Program-made: the position numbers and the translations under genes
Notes under the pieces: generated by a model
The model's input: only the letters and a program-made list of their open reading frames with translations
Databases searched by the model: none
What the model was told of the DNA's origin: nothing
From: Fusobacteriota bacterium
GTDB taxonomy: Bacteria > Fusobacteriota > Fusobacteriia > Fusobacteriales > JBNJFI01
DNA length: 36,402 nt
Assembly (NCBI GenBank): GCA_051746725.1
Contig: JBNJFI010000007.1
Location: 1-36,402 of the forward strand
Direction: 5' to 3'
Shown here: positions 11,481-22,346 of the stretch, in pieces
Layout: each line of letters begins with the position of its first letter
How positions within the stretch are numbered: position 1 is the first letter of the stretch

Positions 11481-12055
11481 AACCGGGAAGATTATATGTA
11501 ATATCTGGTCCATCGGGAGTAGGTAAAGGGACTATAGTTAGAAAATTATTAAAAGACGTTCCAAATATTGAGTTATCAGTTTCTGCTACAACTAGAGATC
11601 CTAGAGAAGGCGAGAAGAACGGTGAAGATTATTATTTTTATGATGAAGTTAGATTTAAAAAAGAGATTTTAGAAGGAAATTTTTTAGAGTATGCCAAAGT
11701 TCATGGGAACTATTATGGGACTTTAAAATCTGAGGTTCAAAAAAAATTAGATAATCAGAAAAGTTTAATTTTAGAAATAGATGTTCAAGGTGGAATGCAA
11801 GTTAAGAAAAACTTTCAAAAAGCAATTTTAATATTTATAAAACCTCCTTCGCTAAAAGAACTTAAAAAGCGTCTAATTTTAAGAGGTACTGATGAAAAAG
11901 AGGTTATAGAAAAAAGACTAAAAAATAGTTTAGCTGAAATGGAATATGAAGAAAAATATGACTATTCAATAGTTAACGACAAACTGTCTAGTGCAGTAAA
12001 AAAATTAAAAAAAATCATACTAGGAGGGAATAGTGAAAAGAGAAATACGATATGA
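11477..12055 (+). CDS. gmk: Guanylate kinase
   Basis: [11 protein letters not shown]-loop, [21 protein letters not shown]. Confidence 0.97.
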   Translation: MKPGRLYVISGPSGVGKGTIVRKLLKDVPNIELSVSATTRDPREGEKNGEDYYFYDEVRFKKEILEGNFLEYAKVHGNYYGTLKSEVQKKLDNQKSLILEIDVQGGMQVKKNFQKAILIFIKPPSLKELKKRLILRGTDEKEVIEKRLKNSLAEMEYEEKYDYSIVNDKLSSAVKKLKKIILGGNSEKRNTI

Positions 12056-12242
12056 AGATTTAATAAAAAAAATCCCAAATAAGTATTCTTTATGTATAGT
12101 TGCAGGAAAGAGGGGACGAGATCTATCTCTTGATGAAGATTTGAAACCATTAACTAATAATAAATTAGATGATACAATTGTAAAAACGGTATTTCGAGAG
12201 ATTGTAGAAGATAAAATAGGATTAGAAGATGAAGAAGAATAA
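12033..12242 (+). CDS. rpoZ: RNA polymerase omega subunit
   Basis: L-I-x-x-IPNKYSL...GKRGRDL motif; GTG start with AGGAGGG SD; between gmk and coaBC. Confidence 0.9.
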   Translation: MKREIRYEDLIKKIPNKYSLCIVAGKRGRDLSLDEDLKPLTNNKLDDTIVKTVFREIVEDKIGLEDEEE

Positions 12243-13398
12243 AAACTTATTAATTGGTATAACTGGAGGAATTGCAGCTTATAAGGCTACGAGAGTTGTC
12301 TCAGATTTTGTCAAAAAAGGTTATAATGTTGATATAATAATGACAGAAAATGCTACTAAAATAATAACACCTCTGGCATTTGAAACTTTAAGCAAAAGAA
12401 AAGTTCATGTCAAAATGTTTGAGCGTCCTGATTTTAAGGAAGTTGAGCATATATCATTAGCTCAAAAAGCAGATTTGGTATTAATTGTACCTGCAACTTA
12501 TAATATTATAGGAAAAGTAGCAAGTGGAATAGCCGATGATATGTTGAGCACAGTTATTTCAGCAACAAAGGCACCAGTTTATTTTGCTTTGGCTATGAAT
12601 GATAATATGTATAAAAATCCAATTTTAAAGACAAATATTAAAAAATTAGAAAAATTTGGATATAACTTTATAGAAGCCGATACAGGAAACTTAGCTTGCA
12701 ACTCTAAAGGAAAGGGAAGATTGAAAAACCCTTTAAAAATTATTGAATATATTGAAGCTGTCTTAGAAACGGATAAAATTTTGATAGGAAAAAAAATTTT
12801 AATAACAGCAGGACCTACTCAAGAGAAATTAGATCCAATAAGATATTTCACCAATGGATCTACAGGGAAAATGGGTTATGCTTTAGCTAAAATAGCAAGA
12901 AATTTAGGAGCCAAAGTAACTCTGGTATCAGGTCCAGTAGATATTACTAAACCTACCGGAGTAAAAATTATTAATGTGAAAAGTGCAATAGAGATGTATA
13001 ATGAGGTTAAAAAATTATATAGTGAAATAGATATTATAATCATGGCTGCTGCTGTTTCAGACTATAGACCTAAGTATTATAGTGAAAAAAAAATTAAAAA
13101 GAAACAAGGGGATCTGATTTTAAAACTAAAACGGAACCCAGATATATTATATGAACTAGGAAAACTCAAAAAAGATCAGACTTTAGTTGGATTTGCAGCA
13201 GAAAGTGAAGATCTTATTAAAAATGCGTTAAGAAAAAAAGAAAAGAAAAATATGGATTATATAATTGCTAATGATATATCTAATTTTGGGAAAGACACCA
13301 ATAAAATATTTATTATAAAAAATCAAGATGAAATATTGGAATACCAAAATATGCCAAAGATGAAGGTAGCCTATGAAATTTTAAAAACAATAAGTTAA
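12229..13398 (+). CDS. coaBC: Bifunctional phosphopantothenoylcysteine decarboxylase/phosphopantothenate-cysteine ligase
   Basis: GITGGIAAYKA, EHISL, AMN, LAC, ITAGPTQEKLDPIRYFTNGSTGKMG, KIKK, VGFAAE. Confidence 0.97.
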   Translation: MKKNKNLLIGITGGIAAYKATRVVSDFVKKGYNVDIIMTENATKIITPLAFETLSKRKVHVKMFERPDFKEVEHISLAQKADLVLIVPATYNIIGKVASGIADDMLSTVISATKAPVYFALAMNDNMYKNPILKTNIKKLEKFGYNFIEADTGNLACNSKGKGRLKNPLKIIEYIEAVLETDKILIGKKILITAGPTQEKLDPIRYFTNGSTGKMGYALAKIARNLGAKVTLVSGPVDITKPTGVKIINVKSAIEMYNEVKKLYSEIDIIIMAAAVSDYRPKYYSEKKIKKKQGDLILKLKRNPDILYELGKLKKDQTLVGFAAESEDLIKNALRKKEKKNMDYIIANDISNFGKDTNKIFIIKNQDEILEYQNMPKMKVAYEILKTIS

Positions 13399-13412
13399 AA
13401 AAGAGGTGAATT

Positions 13413-13778
13413 ATGTATAGAAAAATGTATAAATCTAAGATACATAGAGCCCAGGTAACAGAAGCTAACTTAAATTATGTGGGGAGCATTACTATAGATG
13501 GCAAATTAATGGAAGAAGCAGGTATTCTTCCAAATGAACAGGTACAAGTAGTTAATAATAACAATGGAGAGCGATTTGAAACTTATGTAATTGAAGGTAA
13601 AAGAGATAGTGGTATAATCTGTTTAAATGGTGCTGCAGCAAGATTAGCGCATCCTGGAGATGTTGTAATAATAATTTCTTATGGATATTTTACAGATGAT
13701 CAAGCAAACAAATTGAAGCCTAAAGCTGTTATGATGAAAAAAGGAAATAAAATAGATAAAGTTAAGGTAGGTCAATGA
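13413..13778 (+). CDS. panD: Aspartate 1-decarboxylase (pyruvoyl-dependent)
   Basis: [18 protein letters not shown] self-cleavage site, [18 protein letters not shown]. Confidence 0.97.
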   Translation: MYRKMYKSKIHRAQVTEANLNYVGSITIDGKLMEEAGILPNEQVQVVNNNNGERFETYVIEGKRDSGIICLNGAAARLAHPGDVVIIISYGYFTDDQANKLKPKAVMMKKGNKIDKVKVGQ

Positions 13779-14770
13779 AAAACAAATTTAAAATAATAAT
13801 TTTAACATCAGTGCTATTAATTTTCATTGGTTGTAAACCAGAGGGAAATATAACACAAGAATCTTTTTTGTTTAATACAAGAATAAAAATAACGGTTCAT
13901 AATAAAAATAATAAAAAAGAAGAAGAGATAAAAAAAATAATCAAAAAAGCTTTTTTGAAAATAAAAGAAATTGAATCTAATTATAGTAGTTACAAAAAAG
14001 GTAGTTTTGTAAATGAAATTAATAAAAAAGCTGGAAGTTTTGTTAAAGTTGATAAAACAGGAATAAATTTAATAAAAGAGGCAAAAGATATTTCTAATAT
14101 CACAGATGGAAAATTTGACATTACGATAAAACCTTTATTTGATTTATGGGGATTTGGAAATAAATCAATCCAAGAAGTTCCAAAGAAAGAGGAAATATTA
14201 AAAAAACTTCACCATGTTGATTATAAAAGAATAAAAATAAAAGAAGACAAAATAAAAATTGATAAAGACCAAACTGTAGATTTATCCTCTTTTTTGAAAG
14301 GGTACGCTATATATATGGCGGGTCAGGAACTAAAAAAAAGTGGAATCGATGATTTTTTAATATCTTCAATAAGTAGCATAGAAGTAGCAGGAAAAAAAGC
14401 AGAGAATCTATGGAGAGTAGGTATTCAAAATCCAAATGAACCTAGCGAGATTTTAAAAATCTTAGAAATAAAAGATAAAGCAATAGGAGTATCAGGAGAT
14501 TACCAAACTTATTTTGAAGTAAAAAATAAAAGATATCACCATATTTTAGATGGAAAAACTGGATATCCAGTAGATAAAAATAAGATGGTTATTGTAATTG
14601 CTTCAAATGCATATATTGCTGATATTTATTCCACTGCATTATTTATGTTAGAACCCGAAAAAATAATCAAAAAAGTAGATAATGTACCCAAAATGGATGT
14701 AATGGTAATAGATAAAAAAAATAAAAGATATTATTCTAAAAATATGGAAAAATATATAACTAATAAGTAA
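13775..14770 (+). CDS. apbE: FAD:protein FMN transferase (ApbE family) lipoprotein
   Basis: Lipobox [53 protein letters not shown]. Confidence 0.92.
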   Translation: MKNKFKIIILTSVLLIFIGCKPEGNITQESFLFNTRIKITVHNKNNKKEEEIKKIIKKAFLKIKEIESNYSSYKKGSFVNEINKKAGSFVKVDKTGINLIKEAKDISNITDGKFDITIKPLFDLWGFGNKSIQEVPKKEEILKKLHHVDYKRIKIKEDKIKIDKDQTVDLSSFLKGYAIYMAGQELKKSGIDDFLISSISSIEVAGKKAENLWRVGIQNPNEPSEILKILEIKDKAIGVSGDYQTYFEVKNKRYHHILDGKTGYPVDKNKMVIVIASNAYIADIYSTALFMLEPEKIIKKVDNVPKMDVMVIDKKNKRYYSKNMEKYITNK

Positions 14771-14779
14771 GGGGTTTAT

Positions 14780-15412
14780 GTGAAGAAAAACATATTATAT
14801 TTAGTAGATTTTGATGGGACGATAACCAAAAAAGATACATTAAATTATTTGGCAAAAAAATTTTATCCAGATCAATATGACGAATGGTCTAGAAAGATAA
14901 TGAGTGGAGAAATAGAAATAACGGAGTGGTTAAAATTATTTGAGAAGGCCTTTGAAATATCTCAAGAAGATTATGATGAAGAGTTAAAGCATTTAGAAAT
15001 AGATGAACACTTTAAAGAGTTTACCGTGAATAAAGAATTAAAAATAGTAAGTGGTGGATTTGAGTACAATATCAACAAAATATTATCACAAAATAATATT
15101 TATGACATTGATGTATATGCAAATGGTTTGAAGTTTATTGATAACAATAAAATTAAAATTGATATGAAGCATTTTAACAAGGATTGCAAAAAATGTGGAG
15201 TTTGTAAGACTAATATTTTAAAAAAATATGATAAAGCATACAATAAAATAATATATATAGGAGATGGAATTACAGATATCTGTGTAGCAGAATATAGTGA
15301 TATAGTCTATGCCAAAAAAGGGTCATATTTAGAAGAAACTCTAGCAAAAAAGGGTATAAAATATAAAAGCTTTGAGTCTTTTGCAGAATTACTGGATTCT
15401 AAAAAAAGTTAA
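14780..15412 (+). CDS. HAD-IB phosphatase, MtnX-like
   Basis: DFDGTIT, VSGG, CKKCGVCK, IGDGITD motifs; substrate not determinable from sequence. Confidence 0.85.
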   Translation: MKKNILYLVDFDGTITKKDTLNYLAKKFYPDQYDEWSRKIMSGEIEITEWLKLFEKAFEISQEDYDEELKHLEIDEHFKEFTVNKELKIVSGGFEYNINKILSQNNIYDIDVYANGLKFIDNNKIKIDMKHFNKDCKKCGVCKTNILKKYDKAYNKIIYIGDGITDICVAEYSDIVYAKKGSYLEETLAKKGIKYKSFESFAELLDSKKS

Positions 15413-15560
15413 AATATTATATATATAGGTGTATATTCATATATTTTGTAATAATCATCTTTAGTTTTATTAAATCAGATATTTAATTGTTTATTATTAT
15501 CAACAAATATGATAAAATAACTTAAACTAAGAGGTACTAAAAAAATGAGGAGGTACAAAA

Positions 15561-17567
15561 GTGGAGACAATGGTAAATGGAGCAATGATAAGTGCAATAG
15601 TAGTTGGTGTTTTAGCTATAATTGTAGCAATGTTTTATTCAATGAGAGTAAGTAATCATGAAATTAGAAATGAGAAGGTGGCTGACTTAACAGATTCAAT
15701 TAAAGAGGGTGCTATGGCATTCTTAGCAGCAGAGTATAAGATATTAGTATTTTTCGTTATAATAGTTGGAGCACTATTGGGAGCTTTTTTAAATCCTATG
15801 ACGGCTGTAACATTTGTTATTGGAGCAATAACTTCAGCAGTAGCTGGAAATGTAGGAATGAGAATAGCAACAAAAGCAAATGGTAGAACCGCTATGGCTG
15901 CTAAAGAAGGTGGACTAGCAAGAGCTTTGACAGTAGCATTTTCAGGTGGAGCAGTAATGGGAATGTCTGTTGTTGGACTAGGAATAATAGGAATTGCCGC
16001 TTTATATTTATTATTTGATGGAAATATGGATATTGTAACAGGATTTGGAATGGGAGCTTCTTCTATAGCTTTATTTGCAAGAGTTGGTGGAGGAATATAT
16101 ACTAAGGCAGCAGATGTTGGAGCTGATCTTGTAGGGAAAGTTGAAGCTGGATTGCCAGAAGATGATCCAAGAAATCCAGCAACAATAGCTGATAATGTTG
16201 GAGATAATGTTGGAGATGTTGCAGGAATGGGAGCAGATCTTTTCGAATCATATGTTGGATCTATAATAGCAACAATGACTTTAGGAGCTGCAATGGCGGC
16301 TAAAGGAGAAGGAACATTAGCGCTTGTAATAGCTCCTCTTTTAGTAGCAGCAGTAGGTATAATATCAAGTATAATAGCAACTTTAACTGTAAAAACTAAT
16401 GATCCTAAAAAGGTTCACTCTAAATTAGAAAATGGAACAAGAATTGCTGGGGCTTTAGCTTTAGCAGGAGCCTTTGGAGTAGTAAAATATTTAGATTTAT
16501 CTATGGGGATATTTTACGCAATAGTAGCTGGGCTTGTAGCAGGATTAATAATTGCAGGATTTACTGGATACTATACAGAAAAAGGTAAAAAGCCAGTAAA
16601 TAGCATAGCCGATGCAGCGAAAACAGGAGCGGCAACGACTATAATTGAGGGATTAGCAATAGGAATGGAATCTACAGTTGCTCCGATAATTACTATAGCA
16701 GCGGCAATTATGGCTTCGTATACTTTTGGAGGATTGTATGGTATAGCAATTGCAGCAGTAAGTATGTTAGGAACAACTGGAATGGTTGTAGCAGTAGATG
16801 CATATGGACCTGTAGCTGATAATGCTGGAGGAATTGCAGAAATGGCTGGATTACCAGAGGAAGTAAGAGAAATAACTGATGAACTTGATGCAGTTGGAAA
16901 CTCAACAGCAGCAGTTGGAAAAGGATTTGCAATAGGATCAGCAGCTTTAACTGCTTTATCTTTATTTGCAGCTTATAAAACTAAAGTTGGATTGGCTTCT
17001 GGAGAAGAGTTAATGATGGATATAAGTAATCCTAAAGTAATAGTTGGTTTATTTATAGGTGGGATGTTAACTTTCTTATTTGCAGCGTTAACAATGACAG
17101 CAGTAGGTAAAGCAGCTATGGAAATGGTTGAAGAAGTTAGAAGACAACTTAGAGATATACCTGGAATAATGGAAGGAACTACTAAGCCTGATTATAAAAG
17201 CTGTGTAGGGATATCTACAAGTTCCGCTTTAAAACAGATGGTTGTCCCTGGAGTGTTAGCAATAATTGCTCCAATAGTTATTGGATTATGGGACCCAGCA
17301 GCTTTAGGTGGATTATTAGCAGGAGCTCTAGTTACAGGTGTTCTAATGGCTATAATGATGTCAAATGCCGGTGGAGCTTGGGATAATGCTAAAAAACAAG
17401 TTGAAGAAGGTTATAAGGGAGATGGAAAAGGATCTGATAGACATAAAGCCTCTGTTGTAGGAGATACAGTGGGAGATCCATTTAAAGATACTTCAGGACC
17501 TTCATTAAATATATTAATAAAATTAATGTCAATAGTTTCATTGGTATTAGTGCCTTTATTTGTATAA
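15561..17567 (+). CDS. hppA: Membrane-integral pyrophosphatase, K+-dependent, probably Na+-translocating
   Basis: [62 protein letters not shown]; many TM helices. Confidence 0.96.
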   Translation: METMVNGAMISAIVVGVLAIIVAMFYSMRVSNHEIRNEKVADLTDSIKEGAMAFLAAEYKILVFFVIIVGALLGAFLNPMTAVTFVIGAITSAVAGNVGMRIATKANGRTAMAAKEGGLARALTVAFSGGAVMGMSVVGLGIIGIAALYLLFDGNMDIVTGFGMGASSIALFARVGGGIYTKAADVGADLVGKVEAGLPEDDPRNPATIADNVGDNVGDVAGMGADLFESYVGSIIATMTLGAAMAAKGEGTLALVIAPLLVAAVGIISSIIATLTVKTNDPKKVHSKLENGTRIAGALALAGAFGVVKYLDLSMGIFYAIVAGLVAGLIIAGFTGYYTEKGKKPVNSIADAAKTGAATTIIEGLAIGMESTVAPIITIAAAIMASYTFGGLYGIAIAAVSMLGTTGMVVAVDAYGPVADNAGGIAEMAGLPEEVREITDELDAVGNSTAAVGKGFAIGSAALTALSLFAAYKTKVGLASGEELMMDISNPKVIVGLFIGGMLTFLFAALTMTAVGKAAMEMVEEVRRQLRDIPGIMEGTTKPDYKSCVGISTSSALKQMVVPGVLAIIAPIVIGLWDPAALGGLLAGALVTGVLMAIMMSNAGGAWDNAKKQVEEGYKGDGKGSDRHKASVVGDTVGDPFKDTSGPSLNILIKLMSIVSLVLVPLFV

Positions 17568-17592
17568 AAAATATAATTTTCAAATAAAAAAT

Positions 17593-17622
17593 GGGGAGTA
17601 AGTTCTTCTTACTCCTCCTTTT
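17593..17622 (+). terminator. Intrinsic terminator after hppA
   Basis: GGGAGTAAG / CTTACTCCT stem followed by CCTTTT. Confidence 0.8.
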
Positions 17623-17689
17623 GCGTTTTTTGATAATATGTAAAAAGAAAGGCAATTTAAAATTAGCAAGATATTATTTTGAAAAAAAG

Positions 17690-17718
17690 TTGATTAATAA
17701 AAAAAAATGTATTATAAT
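17690..17718 (+). promoter_or_regulatory. Sigma-70-type promoter for dnaG operon
   Basis: TTGATT - 17 bp - TATAAT upstream of dnaG. Confidence 0.6.
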
Positions 17719-17783
17719 AATATACTGAGTTTCGTATTTTTTTATAATAAAATATATAAGATGAAAGAGGAAGAGGTTTACTG

Positions 17784-19556
17784 ATGCTTTACAAAAATGA
17801 AGATATCGAAAAATTAATAGAAGATGTAGATATAGTTGAGGTGGTGTCTGAATATGTAGACTTAAAGAGAAGTGGTAAAAATTATAAAGGGCTCTGTCCT
17901 TTTCATGATGAAAAAACCCCTTCATTTACAGTAACCCCAGATAAAAATATGTTTAAATGTTTTGGATGTGGGAAAGCAGGGAACGCGATAAATTTTTATC
18001 AAGATATAAATAATTTATCTTTTTTGGAAACGATAGAGGACTTGTCAAAAAAGTATAACTATAAATTAAGACCCCAAAAAGGAAATTATCAGAGAAAACA
18101 TAAAATTAATAAAAAAAATTATGAGATATTAGAAGAAGCAAATACTTATTTTAAAGAAAATTTATTTTCTCCTAAGGGGAGAAAAGCATATGAATATTTA
18201 AAAAAAAGAGGTTTAGATGAGAAATTTATAAAAGAATATAATTTAGGATATTCTCTAGATTCTTGGAATGGATTATATGAATACTTGAGTGAGAAAGGAT
18301 ATAAAAAAGAAGACCTTTTAAAACTTGCATTAATAAAGAAAAGTAAAAAAAATGATAGCGAATATGATACTTTTAGAGACCGAATTATTTTTCCGATTTA
18401 TTCTAGAAATGGAAAAATAGTTGGTTTTGGTGGTAGAATAATAACTGAAGACAAAAAAGCTCCTAAATATCTTAATTCACCAGAAACTGTGTTATTTAAA
18501 AAACGAGAAAATGTTTATGGATTAATTAAACGCGGAAGTATAATAAGGAGAGATAACTTTGTTTTATTAATGGAAGGATATATGGATGTATTAACTGCTC
18601 ATAAATATGGATTTAAAAATGCTGTGGCCTCTCTAGGAACAGCTTTTACAGAAGACCAAGCCAAATTACTAAAAAAATATACTAAAAACATTGTTATATG
18701 TTATGATATGGATAATGCTGGTCAGATGGCGACTAAAAAAGCATCGTATATTTTAAAAAGGTATAATTTTAATGTCAAGGTTTTGGAACTTAGCAATGCG
18801 AAAGATCCTGATGAATTTTTACAGAAAAATGGAAAGGATCAATTTGTAAAGGAATTAAAAAGTTCAAAAGAGATATTTGACTTTTTATATGACAAATATT
18901 CTATCGGATTAAATTTAGATGAAGTAATATCAAAAAAAAATATAATTGAAAAATTTAAAGAATTTTTTAGTAATATTAAAAACGAAATAGAGATGGATAT
19001 TTATATAAGAAAACTTGCTAATAATATAAACTTAGATAAAGAGGCTATCAAAAATGAGTTGAAACCCAAAATTAATTCGAAACCAAGCTATAATAAATTT
19101 AATAAAAAGAAAAAAATTAATAACTCTAGGTATACTAAAAAAAGAGATAAATTAGAAAGAGAAACTGTAAAAATAATTCTTAAAAATTTAAATTATTTTT
19201 ATGAATTCAATGATGGAAGAGTAAAGGATGATCTATATAAAAAAGTTATGGATGTTATAAAAAATAATCTCAATGCAGAAAATATTATTTCAAAAATAAT
19301 TCAGGATATAGAGTTAGGAGAAAGTGAGCAAGAAGAAATAATAGAACTCATTTATAGCGTGGATGATATAGAAGATGAAGAGAGATATTTTGAAGAAATT
19401 AAAGAAACATGGGAAAGAAAAAAATTGGAAAAAAAGGAAAAAGCTTTAAAAATACAATTATTGGATAGTAATTTGTCGAGGAAAGAGCGGATTGAGGTTG
19501 CTCAAAACAGAGTGCAGATAATAAAAAAGATTAAAAATTTAGGAGGTAATAGATGA
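17784..19556 (+). CDS. dnaG: DNA primase
   Basis: Zn finger [11 protein letters not shown]...[38 protein letters not shown]. Confidence 0.98.
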   Translation: MLYKNEDIEKLIEDVDIVEVVSEYVDLKRSGKNYKGLCPFHDEKTPSFTVTPDKNMFKCFGCGKAGNAINFYQDINNLSFLETIEDLSKKYNYKLRPQKGNYQRKHKINKKNYEILEEANTYFKENLFSPKGRKAYEYLKKRGLDEKFIKEYNLGYSLDSWNGLYEYLSEKGYKKEDLLKLALIKKSKKNDSEYDTFRDRIIFPIYSRNGKIVGFGGRIITEDKKAPKYLNSPETVLFKKRENVYGLIKRGSIIRRDNFVLLMEGYMDVLTAHKYGFKNAVASLGTAFTEDQAKLLKKYTKNIVICYDMDNAGQMATKKASYILKRYNFNVKVLELSNAKDPDEFLQKNGKDQFVKELKSSKEIFDFLYDKYSIGLNLDEVISKKNIIEKFKEFFSNIKNEIEMDIYIRKLANNINLDKEAIKNELKPKINSKPSYNKFNKKKKINNSRYTKKRDKLERETVKIILKNLNYFYEFNDGRVKDDLYKKVMDVIKNNLNAENIISKIIQDIELGESEQEEIIELIYSVDDIEDEERYFEEIKETWERKKLEKKEKALKIQLLDSNLSRKERIEVAQNRVQIIKKIKNLGGNR

Positions 19557-20803
19557 AAGAGTTCTTAAAAAATAAAAAGTTATTGTCGATGATTAGAGAA
19601 GCAAAAAAGATTGGTTATATTACTTATGCTGAAATAAATAAAAATTTACCTAAAAATTTCCCAGTAAAAGAAATTGATACCTTGGTAAATGGATTAGAGG
19701 GATTTGGAATTGATGTTATTACAGAAAAACAAGAAAAAGAACAGAAAAGTGTTGAGGAAAGATATGATTCAAGTTCAGAAATTGCAGAACAAAATGAAAA
19801 AGTGAAAGCTAAGATTGAAAAGTTGAGAAATAAAAAAAATAATGAAGAGGATTCTGAATCTAAAGATAAGATGACGAAGAAAGAGCAAATAAGAGATATG
19901 GCAGAAGAAGATTGGGATGAAGAAGATATTAAAGAAATGATGAAAGAAGATATTTTAAGTATGCCTCAAAATACCAAGGTAGATGAATCCATTAAGATGT
20001 ATTTAAGAGAAATAGGAAGAGTAGATTTGCTTACTTATGAAGAGGAAGTGGAGTTAGCTAAAAGAGTAGAAGAAGGAGATCCTTTGGCTCGCCGACATTT
20101 AGCAGAGGCAAACTTGAGATTAGTTGTTAGTATTGCAAAAAAGCATACATATAGGGGATTAAAAATGCTAGATTTAATTCAAGAGGGAAATATTGGATTG
20201 ATGAAAGCGGTAAAAAAATTCAAATACAAAAAAGGGTATAAGTTTAGTACATATGCAACATGGTGGATTAGACAGGCTATAACAAGAGCAATTGCAGATC
20301 AAGGTAGGACAATTAGGATACCAGTGCATATGATAGAAACTATGAATAAGATTAAAAAAGAAACTCGTTTATATCTTCAAGAAACTGGAGAAGATCCAAC
20401 TCCTGAAATTTTAGGAGAAAAGCTTGATATGCCACCTGAAAAAGTAAAAGCAATTCAAGAAATGAATCAGGAACCAATTTCCTTAGATAAACCAGTTGGC
20501 AGTGAAGCTGATAGCGAATTAGGAGATTTTGTTCAAGATGATAAAATAGCGAGCCCTCATGACATAGCTAATACAAACATAGTAAAAAGTAAATTAGAAG
20601 AAACTCTTAAGACTTTAAGAGATAGAGAAGCTAGAGTTCTAAAATTAAGATATGGTCTTGATGATGGATGCCCTAGAACTTTAGAAGAGGTTGGAAAAAT
20701 ATTTGATGTTACCCGAGAAAGAATTAGACAGATAGAGGTAAAAGCTCTAAGGAAGTTAAGACATCCAAGTCGGCGAAAAAAATTACAAAACCCAGGAAGT
20801 TAA
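19553..20803 (+). CDS. rpoD: Primary sigma factor RpoD/SigA
   Basis: Region 1.1, [66 protein letters not shown]. Confidence 0.98.
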   Translation: MKEFLKNKKLLSMIREAKKIGYITYAEINKNLPKNFPVKEIDTLVNGLEGFGIDVITEKQEKEQKSVEERYDSSSEIAEQNEKVKAKIEKLRNKKNNEEDSESKDKMTKKEQIRDMAEEDWDEEDIKEMMKEDILSMPQNTKVDESIKMYLREIGRVDLLTYEEEVELAKRVEEGDPLARRHLAEANLRLVVSIAKKHTYRGLKMLDLIQEGNIGLMKAVKKFKYKKGYKFSTYATWWIRQAITRAIADQGRTIRIPVHMIETMNKIKKETRLYLQETGEDPTPEILGEKLDMPPEKVKAIQEMNQEPISLDKPVGSEADSELGDFVQDDKIASPHDIANTNIVKSKLEETLKTLRDREARVLKLRYGLDDGCPRTLEEVGKIFDVTRERIRQIEVKALRKLRHPSRRKKLQNPGS

Positions 20804-20883
20804 AGGAAAGGTCGTTGTATCGATAATAACGTCGATATCTCCTTTGAAGAACTTAAAACGCCTGAAAACGACTTAAATCAACG

Positions 20884-20912
20884 TTGAGAAAAAACGGGTT
20901 TTAGGATATAAT
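20884..20912 (+). promoter_or_regulatory. Promoter of the 4-tRNA cluster
   Basis: TTGAGA - 17 bp - TATAAT, followed by a short leader containing CTCGCG before the first tRNA. Confidence 0.75.
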
Positions 20913-20926
20913 TATTCTCGCGTTAA

Positions 20927-21003
20927 GGGCTCATAGCTCAGTTGGTTAGAGCTCTCGGCTCATAACCGAGTGGCCCCAAGTTCGAATCTTGGTGAGCCCA
21001 CCA
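20927..21003 (+). tRNA. tRNA with CAT anticodon, most likely tRNA-Ile2 (lysidine-modified)
   Basis: Cloverleaf with CTCGG-CTCATAA-CCGAG arm. G1-C72 is paired and the GGG/CCC initiator anticodon stem is absent, so not fMet; GGCTCATAACCG is Ile2-like. Confidence 0.88.
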
Positions 21004-21019
21004 TTTAAATATCTTTAAC

Positions 21020-21094
21020 GCTCCCATCGTCTAGCGGTTAGGACTCCGGATTTTCATTCCGGCAGCAGGGGTTCGATTCCCCTTGGGAGTACCA
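21020..21094 (+). tRNA. tRNA-Glu (TTC)
   Basis: CCGGA-TTTTCAT-TCCGG anticodon arm; CCA end. Confidence 0.96.
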
Positions 21095-21096
21095 TA

Positions 21097-21172
21097 GGAC
21101 GCATAGCTCAGTTGGGAGAGCACCTGCCTTACAAGCAGGGGGTCACTGGTTCGAGCCCAGTTGTGTCCACCA
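21097..21172 (+). tRNA. tRNA-Val (TAC)
   Basis: CCTGC-CTTACAA-GCAGG anticodon arm; CCA end. Confidence 0.96.
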
Positions 21173-21183
21173 AAATTTCATAA

Positions 21184-21258
21184 GCTCCCATCGTCTAGCG
21201 GTTAGGACTCCGGATTTTCATTCCGGCAGCAGGGGTTCGATTCCCCTTGGGAGTACCA
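21184..21258 (+). tRNA. tRNA-Glu (TTC), identical second copy
   Basis: Identical to 21020-21094. Confidence 0.96.
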
Positions 21259-21263
21259 TGATA

Positions 21264-21293
21264 GACCTTGCTATATAGTAAGGTATTTTTTTT
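21264..21293 (+). terminator. Terminator of the 4-tRNA cluster
   Basis: ACCTTGCTA / TAGTAAGGT stem followed by an 8-T run. Confidence 0.8.
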
Positions 21294-21326
21294 ATTATAT
21301 AAAAAAATTATCAAGAGAGGAATTTT

Positions 21327-22346
21327 ATGTTTTTTTTAAAAGAGATAGAAAAAAATATACAAGATAATATGATTAAAAAATCAAAATTAGATCAATTATT
21401 AGAAGATATAGATCTTGATGAAGAGGAATATGAAGATGTTTTACTGGAATTACTAGATAGAAATATTAATATTGTAGAAATAGATGAAGAAAATGAAGAA
21501 CAAAATTTAGATATGGATAGCTACCCTGAAATATATAATGAAGACATGGTAACTCAGTATTTTAATTCTCTTTCACAAAATCCTCCTTTAGATCCCAATA
21601 AAGAAAAAGAATTGCTTATCAAATATAAAAAGGGAGATTTAGAGGCAAAAGAAAAGTTGATTTTGTCTAATTTAAGATTAGTAGCAAAGATAGCTTTAGA
21701 ATATATAAATCCGAATTATTTTTTTCTTGATTTAGTTCAAGATGGTACAATTGGTCTTATAAAGGGGATTGAAAAATTTGAAGTTGATAAAGGATTTAGA
21801 TTAAGTACTTATGTGATTTGGTGGATTAGAAAGGAAATAATTGATTCGTTAAAGGAAAAAATTAATGCTGTAAAAATACCAAATCATATATTTTTAGAAT
21901 ATAAAAAAATCAAAGTAGAAGAGGAAAAAATAGAACAAGAGAAAGGCAGAAAAGCCAAAAACTCTGAAATAGCTGAAGCTCTAGATATGAATTTGGAAAA
22001 AATATTACAGATAAAAAAGATAGTAAACAGCAATACAATGGCATTAGATGATGATTCCCAAGAGGGGAGAAAATTTGAATTAAAGGATGAGACTACCCAA
22101 GATCAAATAGAGTCTGATATAGAAGATGAAGCAAGGCATACTAGAATTTGTGATATGTTAAAGATTTTGACAAAACGAGAAAGAATAATTATTGAAAAAT
22201 ATTTTGGATTATCAAATTCTGGTCAAAAATACACTTATGTAAAAATAGGGGAAGAACTAAATCTTTCAGCAGAAAGAATAAGAGTTTTAAAAGAGAGAGC
22301 TCTTAGAAAACTTAAATTTTATGGGGCTGATATAACCAATGGGTAA
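21327..22346 (+). CDS. Second sigma-70 family factor (RpoD/RpoS-like, divergent)
   Basis: SNLRLVAKIA, DLVQDGTIGLIKGIEKF, GFRLSTYVIWWIR, region 3 HTH, region 4 IGEELNLSAERIRVLKERALRKL. Confidence 0.92.
   Translation: MFFLKEIEKNIQDNMIKKSKLDQLLEDIDLDEEEYEDVLLELLDRNINIVEIDEENEEQNLDMDSYPEIYNEDMVTQYFNSLSQNPPLDPNKEKELLIKYKKGDLEAKEKLILSNLRLVAKIALEYINPNYFFLDLVQDGTIGLIKGIEKFEVDKGFRLSTYVIWWIRKEIIDSLKEKINAVKIPNHIFLEYKKIKVEEEKIEQEKGRKAKNSEIAEALDMNLEKILQIKKIVNSNTMALDDDSQEGRKFELKDETTQDQIESDIEDEARHTRICDMLKILTKRERIIIEKYFGLSNSGQKYTYVKIGEELNLSAERIRVLKERALRKLKFYGADITNG

Noticed and set aside
21020..21258. 75-bp perfect direct repeat as attL/attR of an integrated element
   Set aside because: Both copies are complete tRNA-Glu genes flanking only tRNA-Val; no integrase or cargo.
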